Numbered from the stretch's first letter, positions 9,324 to 18,062 are shown. The stretch: 32,761 nt of DNA from an uncultured Planctomycetaceae bacterium (GCA_964440045.1 CAYTQR010000003.1:1-32761), one strand, 5' to 3'. Notes: generated from the letters alone by a model not told the origin. Made by a program: numbers and translations.

Positions 9324-10169
9324 TCATTTTTCTATTAAAGCTTTTATAGTGGTAAATTTAAAGTCGCTTAATAAACGTCTTATTTTATTTTTCATCGTAT
9401 CTCTATTCCTGAGCTGTAATTTATGAAATTTGAACGCTTTTGACTTCCGTTCGTCGTCCAGGTGGTCCATATAAAATGAGAGCTTATCTGTATCAATTTC
9501 ATATGGATGCATATAAACTATTGCAGGTCTGTTCCTTTGTATTCGTTTGATGGCATATTTCGTGACAGCATAAGGAAAATGCCTGATATAGCCGCCGCCG
9601 GCAACTGGCAGGGGTTTGCCAAAAATAGATACCGTTGACATCGGCACTTCGATTATGCTTCGGCCTGACGGCAAATCAACTTTGCATATATCTTTACTAA
9701 ATCCCGGCCAGCCATAACGTCTGCCGGAAATTGGATATACGCTTGAATCATACTTAAAACCTTCGCCAGCAAGTACTTCCAATGCCCATTGTGTCTGCGG
9801 CATTATGGAAAAAGCCGGGGCACGGTATCCTATAATGGGTTTGCTTGTAATATCCTCGAGCAAGTTTTTGCTGTCGGAAATCTCCTGGCGAAACTGCTTC
9901 TCGCTTAGCTTAAAAATCTGTTTATGTGAAAGACTGTGAGAACCTATTTCATGACCATTTTCAGCGATTTCCTTGATAAGGGAAGGAAACTTTTTTGCAA
10001 CTTCACCGAGAACAAAAAAAGTGGCCTTAATGTCATGCTCATCGAGAATTTGCAAAAACCATTCCATGTTTTTGATCACCGCATTACTTGGCTCAGCTTC
10101 CTTATACAACCAGTCCCTATAAAATATGCTCCAGTAATCTTCAACATCAACGGTAAGCGCACTTAACAT
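9324..10169 (-). CDS. Polysaccharide deacetylase (CE4); resembles the PEP-CTERM-locus subfamily (TIGR03006-like)
   Basis: The N-terminal LTVDVEDYW motif, ATFFVLGEV and ENGHEIGSHSLSH (the CE4 His-His metal motif) are present. The length of 281 aa fits. Confidence 0.8.
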   Translation of the reverse strand: MLSALTVDVEDYWSIFYRDWLYKEAEPSNAVIKNMEWFLQILDEHDIKATFFVLGEVAKKFPSLIKEIAENGHEIGSHSLSHKQIFKLSEKQFRQEISDSKNLLEDITSKPIIGYRAPAFSIMPQTQWALEVLAGEGFKYDSSVYPISGRRYGWPGFSKDICKVDLPSGRSIIEVPMSTVSIFGKPLPVAGGGYIRHFPYAVTKYAIKRIQRNRPAIVYMHPYEIDTDKLSFYMDHLDDERKSKAFKFHKLQLRNRDTMKNKIRRLLSDFKFTTIKALIEK

Positions 10170-10219
10170 AGACTCGAGTAAACTCCTTTGATTGGTGTTT
10201 TACCGGCTTTTAATTAGTA

Positions 10220-11251
10220 TTACGGTAAGTTGCGGCTGATATACGGACCAAGCAGACGCGTCATCCATAGTGGCAGCTTTCTCCACATCTGGACTTTCTT
10301 TTGATATTTAGAGCTGCTTGGGTTGAGGATGGACAATTGATGGCCGGGACGGACCCAGTATTGGTAGTACAGCCCAACTGGTTGCAAGCCCCACTGCTTC
10401 TTGAACTGATATGTGCTGCCGCCAATCGTGCATCGTCCAAAGTCGAAGCATGTCGCACCGGCAAGACAATAATACTTTATAACCGACCAATATAACAGAT
10501 TATTAGGACATAGATTGTTGTATTTCACTAACGTTGCTGCCCAGGGAATCTCCACAAACCTGTTGAAGTACACTGTAAAACCTGCCCCCACAGTTAACTC
10601 CTTAAGGCGCACGGTAAATATGCGACTGTTGTTTGGAAATGTTTGCAAAATGTTGTACATAAGCTTGCGGGAATAACAGGGGGTCCCGAGCTGGTGCATC
10701 CGAATCGTGTATACACGGTAGAACTCATCCAATAACTCTACGCCACCATTGACTGTAGTGAGGTTGGACTTTTCGGCCTTGCGTACCTGATTTCGGACCT
10801 TGGGTCCGAAAGCTTTCCAGACTTCGTCAGAGGAGGGGGCCAGAGGCAGATACATGCTGATTTTCTCAGTGCGAGCTTTAAGATTGTAGGGTAGGGGTTG
10901 TATGTTACGGAACTCGATGGATTCGCAGTTGAGTTTCGTGGCAAGCTCGACAGCATAGTTAAAAAGAGCGTCGCGACTCTCAGGAGAGTCCGTAAGCGGA
11001 CCGCCATAATTGCTGAAGGCCTGGGATATCATACGATTGCCAAATAAACGACTGCGGACCTGCGTTAGCGGTAGTACGCCGCGGATTTCTCCACCCTCAC
11101 GCGCTACAAGGTAAAAAGGTCGATGGCCAGCCACTCTGGTGATGATGTTGCTCCAGGCGGGCAGGTGACAAATTTTGCTCTCGGTTTTTTGGCCAACAAA
11201 AGCATCACAGGCAGGATCGGGAACATTAAGAATATCTATATTCATAAGCAT
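10220..11251 (-). CDS. FemAB-family (GNAT-fold, aminoacyl-transferase-like) protein; resembles the PEP-CTERM-system-associated FemAB subfamily (TIGR03019-like)
   Basis: 343 aa. CHLPAWSNIITRVAGHRPFYLVAREGGEIRGVLPLTQVRSRLFGNRMISQAFSNYGGP matches my recollection of that family. An alternative start, ATG 11245, gives an ATGA overlap with the upstream stop. Confidence 0.7.
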   Translation of the reverse strand: MLMNIDILNVPDPACDAFVGQKTESKICHLPAWSNIITRVAGHRPFYLVAREGGEIRGVLPLTQVRSRLFGNRMISQAFSNYGGPLTDSPESRDALFNYAVELATKLNCESIEFRNIQPLPYNLKARTEKISMYLPLAPSSDEVWKAFGPKVRNQVRKAEKSNLTTVNGGVELLDEFYRVYTIRMHQLGTPCYSRKLMYNILQTFPNNSRIFTVRLKELTVGAGFTVYFNRFVEIPWAATLVKYNNLCPNNLLYWSVIKYYCLAGATCFDFGRCTIGGSTYQFKKQWGLQPVGLYYQYWVRPGHQLSILNPSSSKYQKKVQMWRKLPLWMTRLLGPYISRNLP

Positions 11252-12000
11252 GCGCTATCCTCTGTAACGTTTTGTAAGTGGTGGAAATCTTCAACTTTTA
11301 ATGACAACTGCTGCCAGGTTTCCTTATCGAATACGGTCAGCTTGTAGTTGACGCTTGCGAATATTCTTTTCATGTGGATGAGAATGACACGAGTGCATCC
11401 AGCTTTTTCCAACCCACGCATGGAAGAGTGGTTTCTCGAATCAACATCGATGAAGGATTCATTAATGCCTGATTGCAACAGGGCTTTTGCCATGTGTCGG
11501 ATTAAGTCTGGGTAGAGGCCGCGGCCGCGGGCGATTTTGACAGTAACAGCGTTATACATCCAAGCCTGGTTGGGGGACAAGTTGAATTTTAGGTGCAGCT
11601 CGTACACATCTCTGAGGCCAAACTGGGCCCAGAAGTAGCTGACGATTTTGTCATTGTCGAGAACGGCAAAACAGCGGTCACCGCGAGAAAATCTTTCCTG
11701 CAAGCCAGCACGGCTTACATACATGACCTCGAGCATTTTGTTTATATCCACGGTGGTGAGTTCTTTGATGTCACGGTTTGGATTAGGCGCAACAGCGGAT
11801 TTTAGATCGAGCTTTACTATATAATGGGTTGCGCTTTCATATAAAGGTCTAACTGCAGCACGCCACATCCGATTAAGAAATTCGTGGTAGCTATGGTGAT
11901 GTAAGAACTTAAGGATGTTTCCAATTAACTCCAGCATGGTGATTTGGTAAGCGTAAATTATGTCCAAGCTCGTAAATTTCAATTCGGGGTTACGTCTCAT
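11242..12000 (-). CDS. GNAT-like acyltransferase (divergent)
   Basis: 252 aa. AVTVKIARGRGLYPDLIRHMAKAL looks like GNAT motif A (R-G-R-G-L). The surrounding beta-strand pattern (IVSYFWAQFG...) is consistent with the fold. Assigned on one motif only. Confidence 0.5.
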   Translation of the reverse strand: MRRNPELKFTSLDIIYAYQITMLELIGNILKFLHHHSYHEFLNRMWRAAVRPLYESATHYIVKLDLKSAVAPNPNRDIKELTTVDINKMLEVMYVSRAGLQERFSRGDRCFAVLDNDKIVSYFWAQFGLRDVYELHLKFNLSPNQAWMYNAVTVKIARGRGLYPDLIRHMAKALLQSGINESFIDVDSRNHSSMRGLEKAGCTRVILIHMKRIFASVNYKLTVFDKETWQQLSLKVEDFHHLQNVTEDSACL

Positions 12001-12011
12001 TCATAATATAT

Positions 12012-13232
12012 TTATATTAATGCTGAGGAAATTACGTCTAATGCTTGTGCTGCCAATTTGTCTCTATCAAATTGCTCGACAGCTAACCGCCGTGCGTTTC
12101 GACCCATCTCAATTAGCCTATTCCTGTGGGAATTAAGGTATAGCACCTTCTCAACAAACTCATCCACATCGCAAAGACTGCAACCAAAACCTGCATTTTT
12201 ATCTTCAATAAGCCTTCCCTGCCAACCGCGATAATTCAAAAGCATACATCTCCCCGAACTAAGCCCATCGTAAAATTTGTTAAGTGAGGCCTGTCTTTCT
12301 ACACTCGGAAATTTCCCAATTATAGCCGTAACAACGTCCGCTGCTGCCAAAATTGCTGGAAGCTGTTGTTTGGGCACAGAAGGCAAAATTTCCACATTTC
12401 TCAAACCAAGCTCTTTAACCATTCTTTTCAGGTTACCCTTATTACTGCCCTGCCCAATCAACACAAACAGGATATCCCGATAGTCTCTAACTCTCTCGGC
12501 AACATCAATGACAAACTCAAGAGCATTAATCCTGCCCATCGTCCCCGCATGGATCAGCACGAGTTTATCATTCCAGTTTTTTTCCTGCCGAATTGCCGAG
12601 CCATCAATATCGGGGCTGAATAAATCTAAATCCGAACTGTTTGGTATTACATAAACCGGCTTTCCCTCTCCTACAACTTGTCTAATCCCCTCAGCTATAC
12701 CCTCTGAAACTGCAACTATTGCGGCTGAGTTATCATAAATGGTTTTTTCAAGCCAAGAAAGTATATTTATCAGGAATTTGTTCTTTAAGACGTTCAGTTC
12801 TATCGCTGACGCAGGCCAATGATCGCGCGCTTCAAAAACAAGCTTCTTGTGTCTGAGCCTTTTCGCTATAAGTGCAGGTATTCCAACGATAAGCGGTGTG
12901 CTCGTCGCATAAACAACGTCAATTTTTCTTAAAAAAAGGACTACGACCGAAGCAAGCAGCAGAAAAGCAAGAAAAGCCAAACACCGTTTAAATACTCCCA
13001 TCTGCTGTCGATACGGAATCCTCAACGCAAGAACATCAATGCCCGCGGTGGTAAATCTTTTAAGAAACAAACCACGCGCTTCTGCCAAATCTCCACTTGT
13101 AAGCTGCGCGATGGTGGTAAGCATCGTCACCTTATGCCCCTTTGCTACCCATCGCCGGGCAAATTCATAAGACCGTGTTCCCGTACAGCCCAAGGGAGTA
13201 GCAAAATATTGATGAATATATAAAATATGCAT
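12012..13232 (-). CDS. GT-B glycosyltransferase, family 4 (WbuB/WcaI-like N-terminus)
   Basis: The N-terminus reads MHILYIHQYFATPLGCTGTRSYEFARRWVAKGHKVTMLT. The C-terminal half has GT-B architecture (LIHAGTMGRINALE...LGLRNVEILPSVP). Confidence 0.85.
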   Translation of the reverse strand: MHILYIHQYFATPLGCTGTRSYEFARRWVAKGHKVTMLTTIAQLTSGDLAEARGLFLKRFTTAGIDVLALRIPYRQQMGVFKRCLAFLAFLLLASVVVLFLRKIDVVYATSTPLIVGIPALIAKRLRHKKLVFEARDHWPASAIELNVLKNKFLINILSWLEKTIYDNSAAIVAVSEGIAEGIRQVVGEGKPVYVIPNSSDLDLFSPDIDGSAIRQEKNWNDKLVLIHAGTMGRINALEFVIDVAERVRDYRDILFVLIGQGSNKGNLKRMVKELGLRNVEILPSVPKQQLPAILAAADVVTAIIGKFPSVERQASLNKFYDGLSSGRCMLLNYRGWQGRLIEDKNAGFGCSLCDVDEFVEKVLYLNSHRNRLIEMGRNARRLAVEQFDRDKLAAQALDVISSALI

Positions 13233-13259
13233 AAATTTGCCTGGAACTCCTTCTAAAAT

Positions 13260-14381
13260 TTATTTTAATAACTTTTCGTAAAATTCTATCAATTTCCTGG
13301 ATTCAACTTCCCAATTATATTCTTCCATAACCAAGTGTCTTGCTCTACTGCCCAGTTGCTTCGCTTTATCGGGATTATCTAAAAGATATAGAATTTTATC
13401 GGCGATATCCTTAGGGTTATAGGGGTCAGCAAACAAGGCGCATTCGCCAAAAATCTCCTGCCAGTATGGGAAATTGGACATAACCGTGGGCAGGGAACAA
13501 GCCATATATTCAAAGGATTTTATAGGCAGACTGGTAATATAGTTTTTTGTTGGGTGTAGAATGGAAATCCCAACATCTGCCACTTTTGTATATTTATATA
13601 CTTCGCTCAAAGGAACAAACCCTAAACATTCAGTGCACTTCCACCCCTTCAAGCCCTCACATTCTTTTTTAAATTCTTCATTTTCCCATTTCCCCAAAAG
13701 CCACAATTTCGCTTTATTTTCAACGAAATCCATCGCTTGGATAACTTCTTTAATTCCTCTTATCCTGCTTAATCCCCCGGCATAAATAATAATTGGCCTT
13801 TCCTTTTGTATTTCCAATCTCTTAGCATTATTTATCAGTCCTAATACAGGCAGATTCCTAAGTAAAATAGTTTTTGTCGGATTAAATTTCTTTGCGATAT
13901 CCGGTGTTGCAGCTGCTATACCGTTAAATAAAAAAACTCCTGTTTGCTCTATCATATTGGTTATAAAAGCAACAACCTTTCTAACATATTCTTTTCCTAC
14001 CCATTCTTTATATAAAATTTGTTTGGAATAATCTTCATGAACGTCATAAACAACCTTTTTGCCAAGAAGTTTAAGAACAATACCAACAAGTATCAACACT
14101 GGATCGTGAAAATGATAAATGTCAGCTTTCTCTTTCAATGCCGATCTAAATAATTTCCATACCATTTTTGTCATACTTTCAAACCTATTTTTAGATTGAG
14201 GCAAAGGAACAATTCTTACCCCGTCCACAACTTCTTTTTTGCTATGTTGAGCAATAACTACCACATTATAGCCTGCTTTTACCAAAGTTTTTGCCTCTTT
14301 ATGAAAAATTCGACCATCAAAAGGTAAATGACCGGTAAGATGGCAAATCTTAATCTGCGCTTTATCCAACAAGTTTTTCAT
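13260..14381 (-). CDS. GT-B glycosyltransferase, family 4
   Basis: The HFHDPVL...VVYDVHEDY N-domain signature is present. The C-domain reads IIYAGGLSRIRGI...GFVPLSEV...ADVGISIL. Confidence 0.8.
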   Translation of the reverse strand: MKNLLDKAQIKICHLTGHLPFDGRIFHKEAKTLVKAGYNVVVIAQHSKKEVVDGVRIVPLPQSKNRFESMTKMVWKLFRSALKEKADIYHFHDPVLILVGIVLKLLGKKVVYDVHEDYSKQILYKEWVGKEYVRKVVAFITNMIEQTGVFLFNGIAAATPDIAKKFNPTKTILLRNLPVLGLINNAKRLEIQKERPIIIYAGGLSRIRGIKEVIQAMDFVENKAKLWLLGKWENEEFKKECEGLKGWKCTECLGFVPLSEVYKYTKVADVGISILHPTKNYITSLPIKSFEYMACSLPTVMSNFPYWQEIFGECALFADPYNPKDIADKILYLLDNPDKAKQLGSRARHLVMEEYNWEVESRKLIEFYEKLLK

Positions 14382-14554
14382 AAATTATTATCAGTCCTTA
14401 TTACGTGATTCTTCGTGTCCCAAATCTTTTAACTCTTTAACCCCGGTTGCGCCTCTCATATAGGCCAAAGTGTCGGCCCCAGTCCGGGACTCGCCCATCA
14501 AACGCCGGTGGATAAAAAACAACAACTTTTGCCCGTCTATATGGCGCAAATCTC

Positions 14555-15727
14555 TCAGGTTGCTTTCCGTACTAACTCCTCGAAAATGGCCATGTGCTGC
14601 AAGGCCGTATTTTCCCATGTCCAGTTGGAAACCAAACGTTGTCCCGCTTCTGCCAGCCGTAAGCGACGACCACCATCTTCAAGTAAAGCAGGCAAAAGAC
14701 TGTAAAGTTCTTCATCATTGTCAATCACTTCATAATCTCGGCCTGCCTTGCCCATACCATCAATTCCCGTGCCACGGCGACCAATGACAGGCAAGCCCTG
14801 TTTCATAGCTTCGGCATAGACCAAACCGAAGGTTTCGGTGTAGCTGGGTACACACAGCAGTTGTGCCTGACGCATCTGCTCTCGCGTCTCTTCAACAGTG
14901 AGCCGACCAAGGAACTTGACCTGCGGGTGTCCTTTAGCCAGCTTTTCCAGTTTAAGTCGGAAAGAACTCTCGCCAAAGTAACTTCCACCAACAATGAATA
15001 GCTCGAAATTAACATCATTAGCGAACAGTTTTAGAGATGTCCGTAGTAAAGCCTCGACACCTTTGTTAGCATCCAGCGGGCCAACGAAAAGGACCCGCCG
15101 CTTTCTCGACAAGTCGAAACGCGGTTTTTCGTCGAAAAGAGCGTTGGTTCCGCTCGGAATAATCTGGACGTCCCGCCCGGTAGCATTACGGCACTTGACC
15201 GCGAGATGAGCGGATGGTGAAACCACGGCGTCAGCCATCTTTACAGCGTCAAACAAAAGCTTCTTTCTCCAGGAAGGAATACTGCCGGGATTGTTCATAT
15301 CACGTTGCAATTCAAGTACAACAGGGATGCCTCGTTTTCGCCCTGCCAGAACCGCTCCATACGACAATTGGTCACACATATGCACAATAATCAGGTCGCA
15401 TTCGATGTTCGCTCCTATATTTGATAAAATATGTTTTTGCCAAAATGGATTTATCCACCTCGCAAGCATGTTCTTCGGTAATATGGGTATTGGCCGAAAA
15501 TGCAGGCCTGGTTCGTAAGGTCCGGCCTTGAGCGCATTCGCCTTAATCTGATACTTTTTTGAAAACCTGGCGAGTAATCGTTTGCCTATGGGAGATATGA
15601 AAAGATACACATCGACACGGTGGCCAAGGCAAAACTCACGCAAAGCATACGCAAGTTTCTGCACGGCATGTCCATTATACATCGCCCCCGGCAGCGGGTA
15701 CATAGTCGTCCAGATAGCAATACGCAT
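14555..15727 (-). CDS. GT-B glycosyltransferase, family 4 (compositionally distinct, GC-richer than its neighbours)
   Basis: The C-domain reads VLFVGPLDANKGV...VKFLGRL...LLCVPSYTETFGLVYAEAMKQGLPVIG (EX7E motif). Hand GC counts of the 60-nt lines at 15061 and 15121 give 55% and 58%. Confidence 0.85.
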   Translation of the reverse strand: MRIAIWTTMYPLPGAMYNGHAVQKLAYALREFCLGHRVDVYLFISPIGKRLLARFSKKYQIKANALKAGPYEPGLHFRPIPILPKNMLARWINPFWQKHILSNIGANIECDLIIVHMCDQLSYGAVLAGRKRGIPVVLELQRDMNNPGSIPSWRKKLLFDAVKMADAVVSPSAHLAVKCRNATGRDVQIIPSGTNALFDEKPRFDLSRKRRVLFVGPLDANKGVEALLRTSLKLFANDVNFELFIVGGSYFGESSFRLKLEKLAKGHPQVKFLGRLTVEETREQMRQAQLLCVPSYTETFGLVYAEAMKQGLPVIGRRGTGIDGMGKAGRDYEVIDNDEELYSLLPALLEDGGRRLRLAEAGQRLVSNWTWENTALQHMAIFEELVRKAT

Positions 15728-16042
15728 TTATTTTATCTCCCACCTGAAAAATCTGTTAAACGGACAAGTATTTTTCAATGTTCTGGTCTCTGGCCATACC
15801 TCTCCGGTACAATTAGCGAAGGTATAATTGCGGCCAGTAGGACAGCCGCTATTCTCTAAAAGCCGAATATATTTTACTATAGGATATTTCTCCCTTATCG
15901 CCTGGCCAGTTCCATCATTTGAATTATTATCCAGAACAATAATTTCAACATCTTCGACATTTTGAGTAACTACTGATTTGATTGCCTTCAGTACTTTCTC
16001 TTTCCGGTTATATGTTACAATGCCAACTGATATCTTACTCAT
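15728..16042 (-). pseudogene. Truncated family-2 glycosyltransferase (N-terminal ~80 aa only; no DxD or acceptor domain)
   Basis: The sequence is MSKISVGIVTYNRKEKVLKAIKSVVTQNVEDVEIIVLDNNSNDGTGQAIREKYPIVKYIRLLENSGCPTGRNYTFANCTGE. That is a canonical GT2 start, but the ORF stops 23 codons later. Its TAA abuts the ATG of the next gene (TAAATG). Intact GT2 enzymes are about 250-330 aa. Confidence 0.6.
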
Positions 16043-16227
16043 TTTTCGACCTGCTCAATTTCTACAATATATTTCCCATTCTTTTTAGGCTTTACAAAGT
16101 TCAGTTTTTCAGGAAATTTTTCAGCCATCTCTAAAATATCAGAGCGGACGGCCTCCTTATCCTATGTTCCATCAACAGGAATTTCAGCGATTGATTCGAC
16201 ACGATATATTTTGGCTATGATTTTCAT
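16039..16227 (-). pseudogene. Small 63-codon ORF interrupted by an in-frame TAG (codon 22); unknown function
   Basis: My translation is MKIIAKIYRVESIAEIPVDGT*DKEAVRSDILEMAEKFPEKLNFVKPKKNGKYIVEIEQVEK. GGAG lies 9 nt upstream of the ATG at 16227. The terminal TGA overlaps the GT2-fragment ATG as ATGA. The TAG is at 16162..16164. Confidence 0.35.
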
Positions 16228-16356
16228 TTATCCACGCTCCATTATGCTGTTTTTCACTGAAAGCGGACAGTTTAACTCAAAACTATCTGTGGCTGTCTCT
16301 TTGTTAGAGTTTCTTAAAAAACCAATCCGGTCCTAAATCAGTAAAATTTAGTATGT

Positions 16357-18018
16357 TCACTGGATGTTTGCTTCCACACTATACTTCTCCTTTAGGCGAC
16401 GTAAAAACAATCTGTCCCATCCATTGGATACATAGGATAAATCGTTTATGTGCACCGTATTATGAGATGTTTTTGTTAGTTTTACTTTTTCCATAACAGC
16501 CTTTAGTTTATGGCTTAACGTAAACGATACATGCTGTAAATAGTAAAACAAATAAGATGGAAAACTGCGAATTGTACACGGCACCATAGGTCCATAGTGT
16601 GTAGTTTCAATTTTGCCTACACGATAACATAATTTCGCCATAGCATTTTTTTGAACTTGTCCTATGCCACTGAAATTTTTCCTGCGGCCCCTTTGCCCCT
16701 TTGTTACTTTAAGAGCAAGCTCCAGATTTTTCATAGACATATAAGGCTCAAACGCCAGGCCTTTGACATTAAACGACCATACTATATGAGAGGAAAAAAA
16801 ACCGGTGCTAAACAAATTAAAAATACGAATCTCGTCATTCGGGCAGGCAACAGCAAGCTTATAATGCTTTCCAATGGCTTGAAATTCATCTTTCATGGCT
16901 GATCGCAGGGTTTTCCACATTTCCTGATTAGCCTGAATATTACGTTTGGCTTTTAATATCGATTGGTCAATAAAATCCTCAACACTTTCATAATCTACCG
17001 GAGCAAAAAGCTGTGTACCATAACACCCTCCAAGTCCCAGTGAGAATGAGCCACTATCTTCAATAGCCGGAGTTGTCAGAGAATCTTCGGATGGAGACAT
17101 GCCGTCCGTTAAAAGGTAAAATACGTCCTCGTAATTTTCGGTTGCTTGGTAATATCGTAATGGCCTGTTGATAGCTTCGGCAACTTTTTTTGCAATTATA
17201 ACGTCCAGCTTTTTACTTTTGCTTATCTTCGAGGAACAAATTCTAAATGTAATATCGTTAAAATAATGGGCTGCCAATGTACAGACCAGCCTGCTGTCAT
17301 AACCACCAGTTAAAGTAGCGACTACATTCGCGTCTTTCAAGTCCGGATTCTCAATTGCGGATTTAAGTCTTGTTGTCAAATCTGTAGAAATCTTGCTAAT
17401 ATCCCTTTCCTTTTCATTGTTAATTGTAAATCCGATACCACCAACACGACTTGCTGAACCGGTCATATCTATAACAATATACTCATAAGGCCTTAACCGC
17501 ATAATTTTTTTGTGCATCGTTTTAGAGCCTAACCAGCTTGGAAATTCAATTTGATACATTGCGGCATATTCAAAAACCTTATAGAAATTCAGATCGGATT
17601 TATCCGACCCGACAGCTTCTTCAGTTACAGAAAAACTGGAACTTAACACGGATAAATCGTCAGAATAAAATAGTCCACCCACCTGCATACAATCCGAAAA
17701 AAAGTACATAACATTATGTTTCTTGACAATTATTATGAACTGCCCAATAAGCGTACATTTTAATTCTTTGATCATTGATTCGTCAAAAGTATCTAATATT
17801 CTTGAAGCCGTTGAATTGACGGATTCTCCTGGACAATAACAGTACCCCAGAATCGTAATAAAATCACTTCCTTTCTGAATATGAATGATGTTTTTTTTAT
17901 ATCCTATTATCTTTAGCCCGGTTATAGGCAATATAATCTCGGCATCCACATACAACTGCTTAAATCTGGTTAATGATAAAACATCGGTCACCCTCTTTGA
18001 GTAAATAAAATCGGCCAT
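16357..18018 (-). CDS. Asparagine-synthetase-B-like adenylating (PP-loop) enzyme lacking the N-terminal glutaminase nucleophile
   Basis: The PP-loop-like VVATLTGGYDSRLVCTLA compares with AsnB SGGLDS. GLAFEPYMSMKNLELAL resembles the AsnB R-x-PFLD region. The N-terminus is MADFIYS, not M-C-G, so there is no Ntn cysteine. The gene is very AT-rich (about 28% GC in a hand-counted line). Confidence 0.65.
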   Translation of the reverse strand: MADFIYSKRVTDVLSLTRFKQLYVDAEIILPITGLKIIGYKKNIIHIQKGSDFITILGYCYCPGESVNSTASRILDTFDESMIKELKCTLIGQFIIIVKKHNVMYFFSDCMQVGGLFYSDDLSVLSSSFSVTEEAVGSDKSDLNFYKVFEYAAMYQIEFPSWLGSKTMHKKIMRLRPYEYIVIDMTGSASRVGGIGFTINNEKERDISKISTDLTTRLKSAIENPDLKDANVVATLTGGYDSRLVCTLAAHYFNDITFRICSSKISKSKKLDVIIAKKVAEAINRPLRYYQATENYEDVFYLLTDGMSPSEDSLTTPAIEDSGSFSLGLGGCYGTQLFAPVDYESVEDFIDQSILKAKRNIQANQEMWKTLRSAMKDEFQAIGKHYKLAVACPNDEIRIFNLFSTGFFSSHIVWSFNVKGLAFEPYMSMKNLELALKVTKGQRGRRKNFSGIGQVQKNAMAKLCYRVGKIETTHYGPMVPCTIRSFPSYLFYYLQHVSFTLSHKLKAVMEKVKLTKTSHNTVHINDLSYVSNGWDRLFLRRLKEKYSVEANIQ

Positions 18019-18062
18019 TTGTTAACTTCTAAAAATTGTCAAATAAAAATTATACGGCATTA

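Noticed and set aside
9324-11251. Calling the locus a PEP-CTERM/exosortase (XrtA) EPS system on the basis of the deacetylase/FemAB-like pair.
   Set aside because: No exosortase, EpsI-type transpeptidase, PEP-CTERM protein or associated ATPase/regulator is present in the 32.7 kb. The family assignment itself is from memory of motifs. It is kept only as a resemblance.
14391-14618. 75-aa minus-strand ORF in the spacer below the GC-rich GT4 gene.
   Set aside because: It overlaps the 3' end of the GT4 gene by 64 nt in another frame and has no motif I recognise. GC-rich DNA generates long spurious ORFs. It may be non-coding carry-over from the donor of the GT4 cassette.
16162-16164. The in-frame TAG in the small ORF could be programmed recoding (for example pyrrolysine or read-through).
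   Set aside because: No pyl genes or recoding signals are visible. TAG and other stops are used normally elsewhere in the window, and the neighbouring GT2 is also degraded. A simple nonsense mutation is more parsimonious.
17891-17898. A8/T8 homopolymer tracts inside coding regions could be slipped-strand phase-variation switches. Examples are 17891..17898 in the AsnB-like gene, roughly 2480..2487 in the ATP-grasp gene, and similar runs in the FrhB-like gene, gmd and the CE4-like gene.
   Set aside because: All encode Lys-Lys(-Lys/Asn) in AT-rich, lysine-rich genes. None exceeds 8 nt, and one occurs in the conserved housekeeping-type gmd. That is too short and too common to claim phase variation without population data.
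16357-18018. The AsnB-like protein could be a lasso-peptide cyclase or other RiPP enzyme.
   Set aside because: I found no adjacent precursor peptide, transglutaminase-like protease or RiPP recognition element. The gene is embedded between glycosyltransferase genes.
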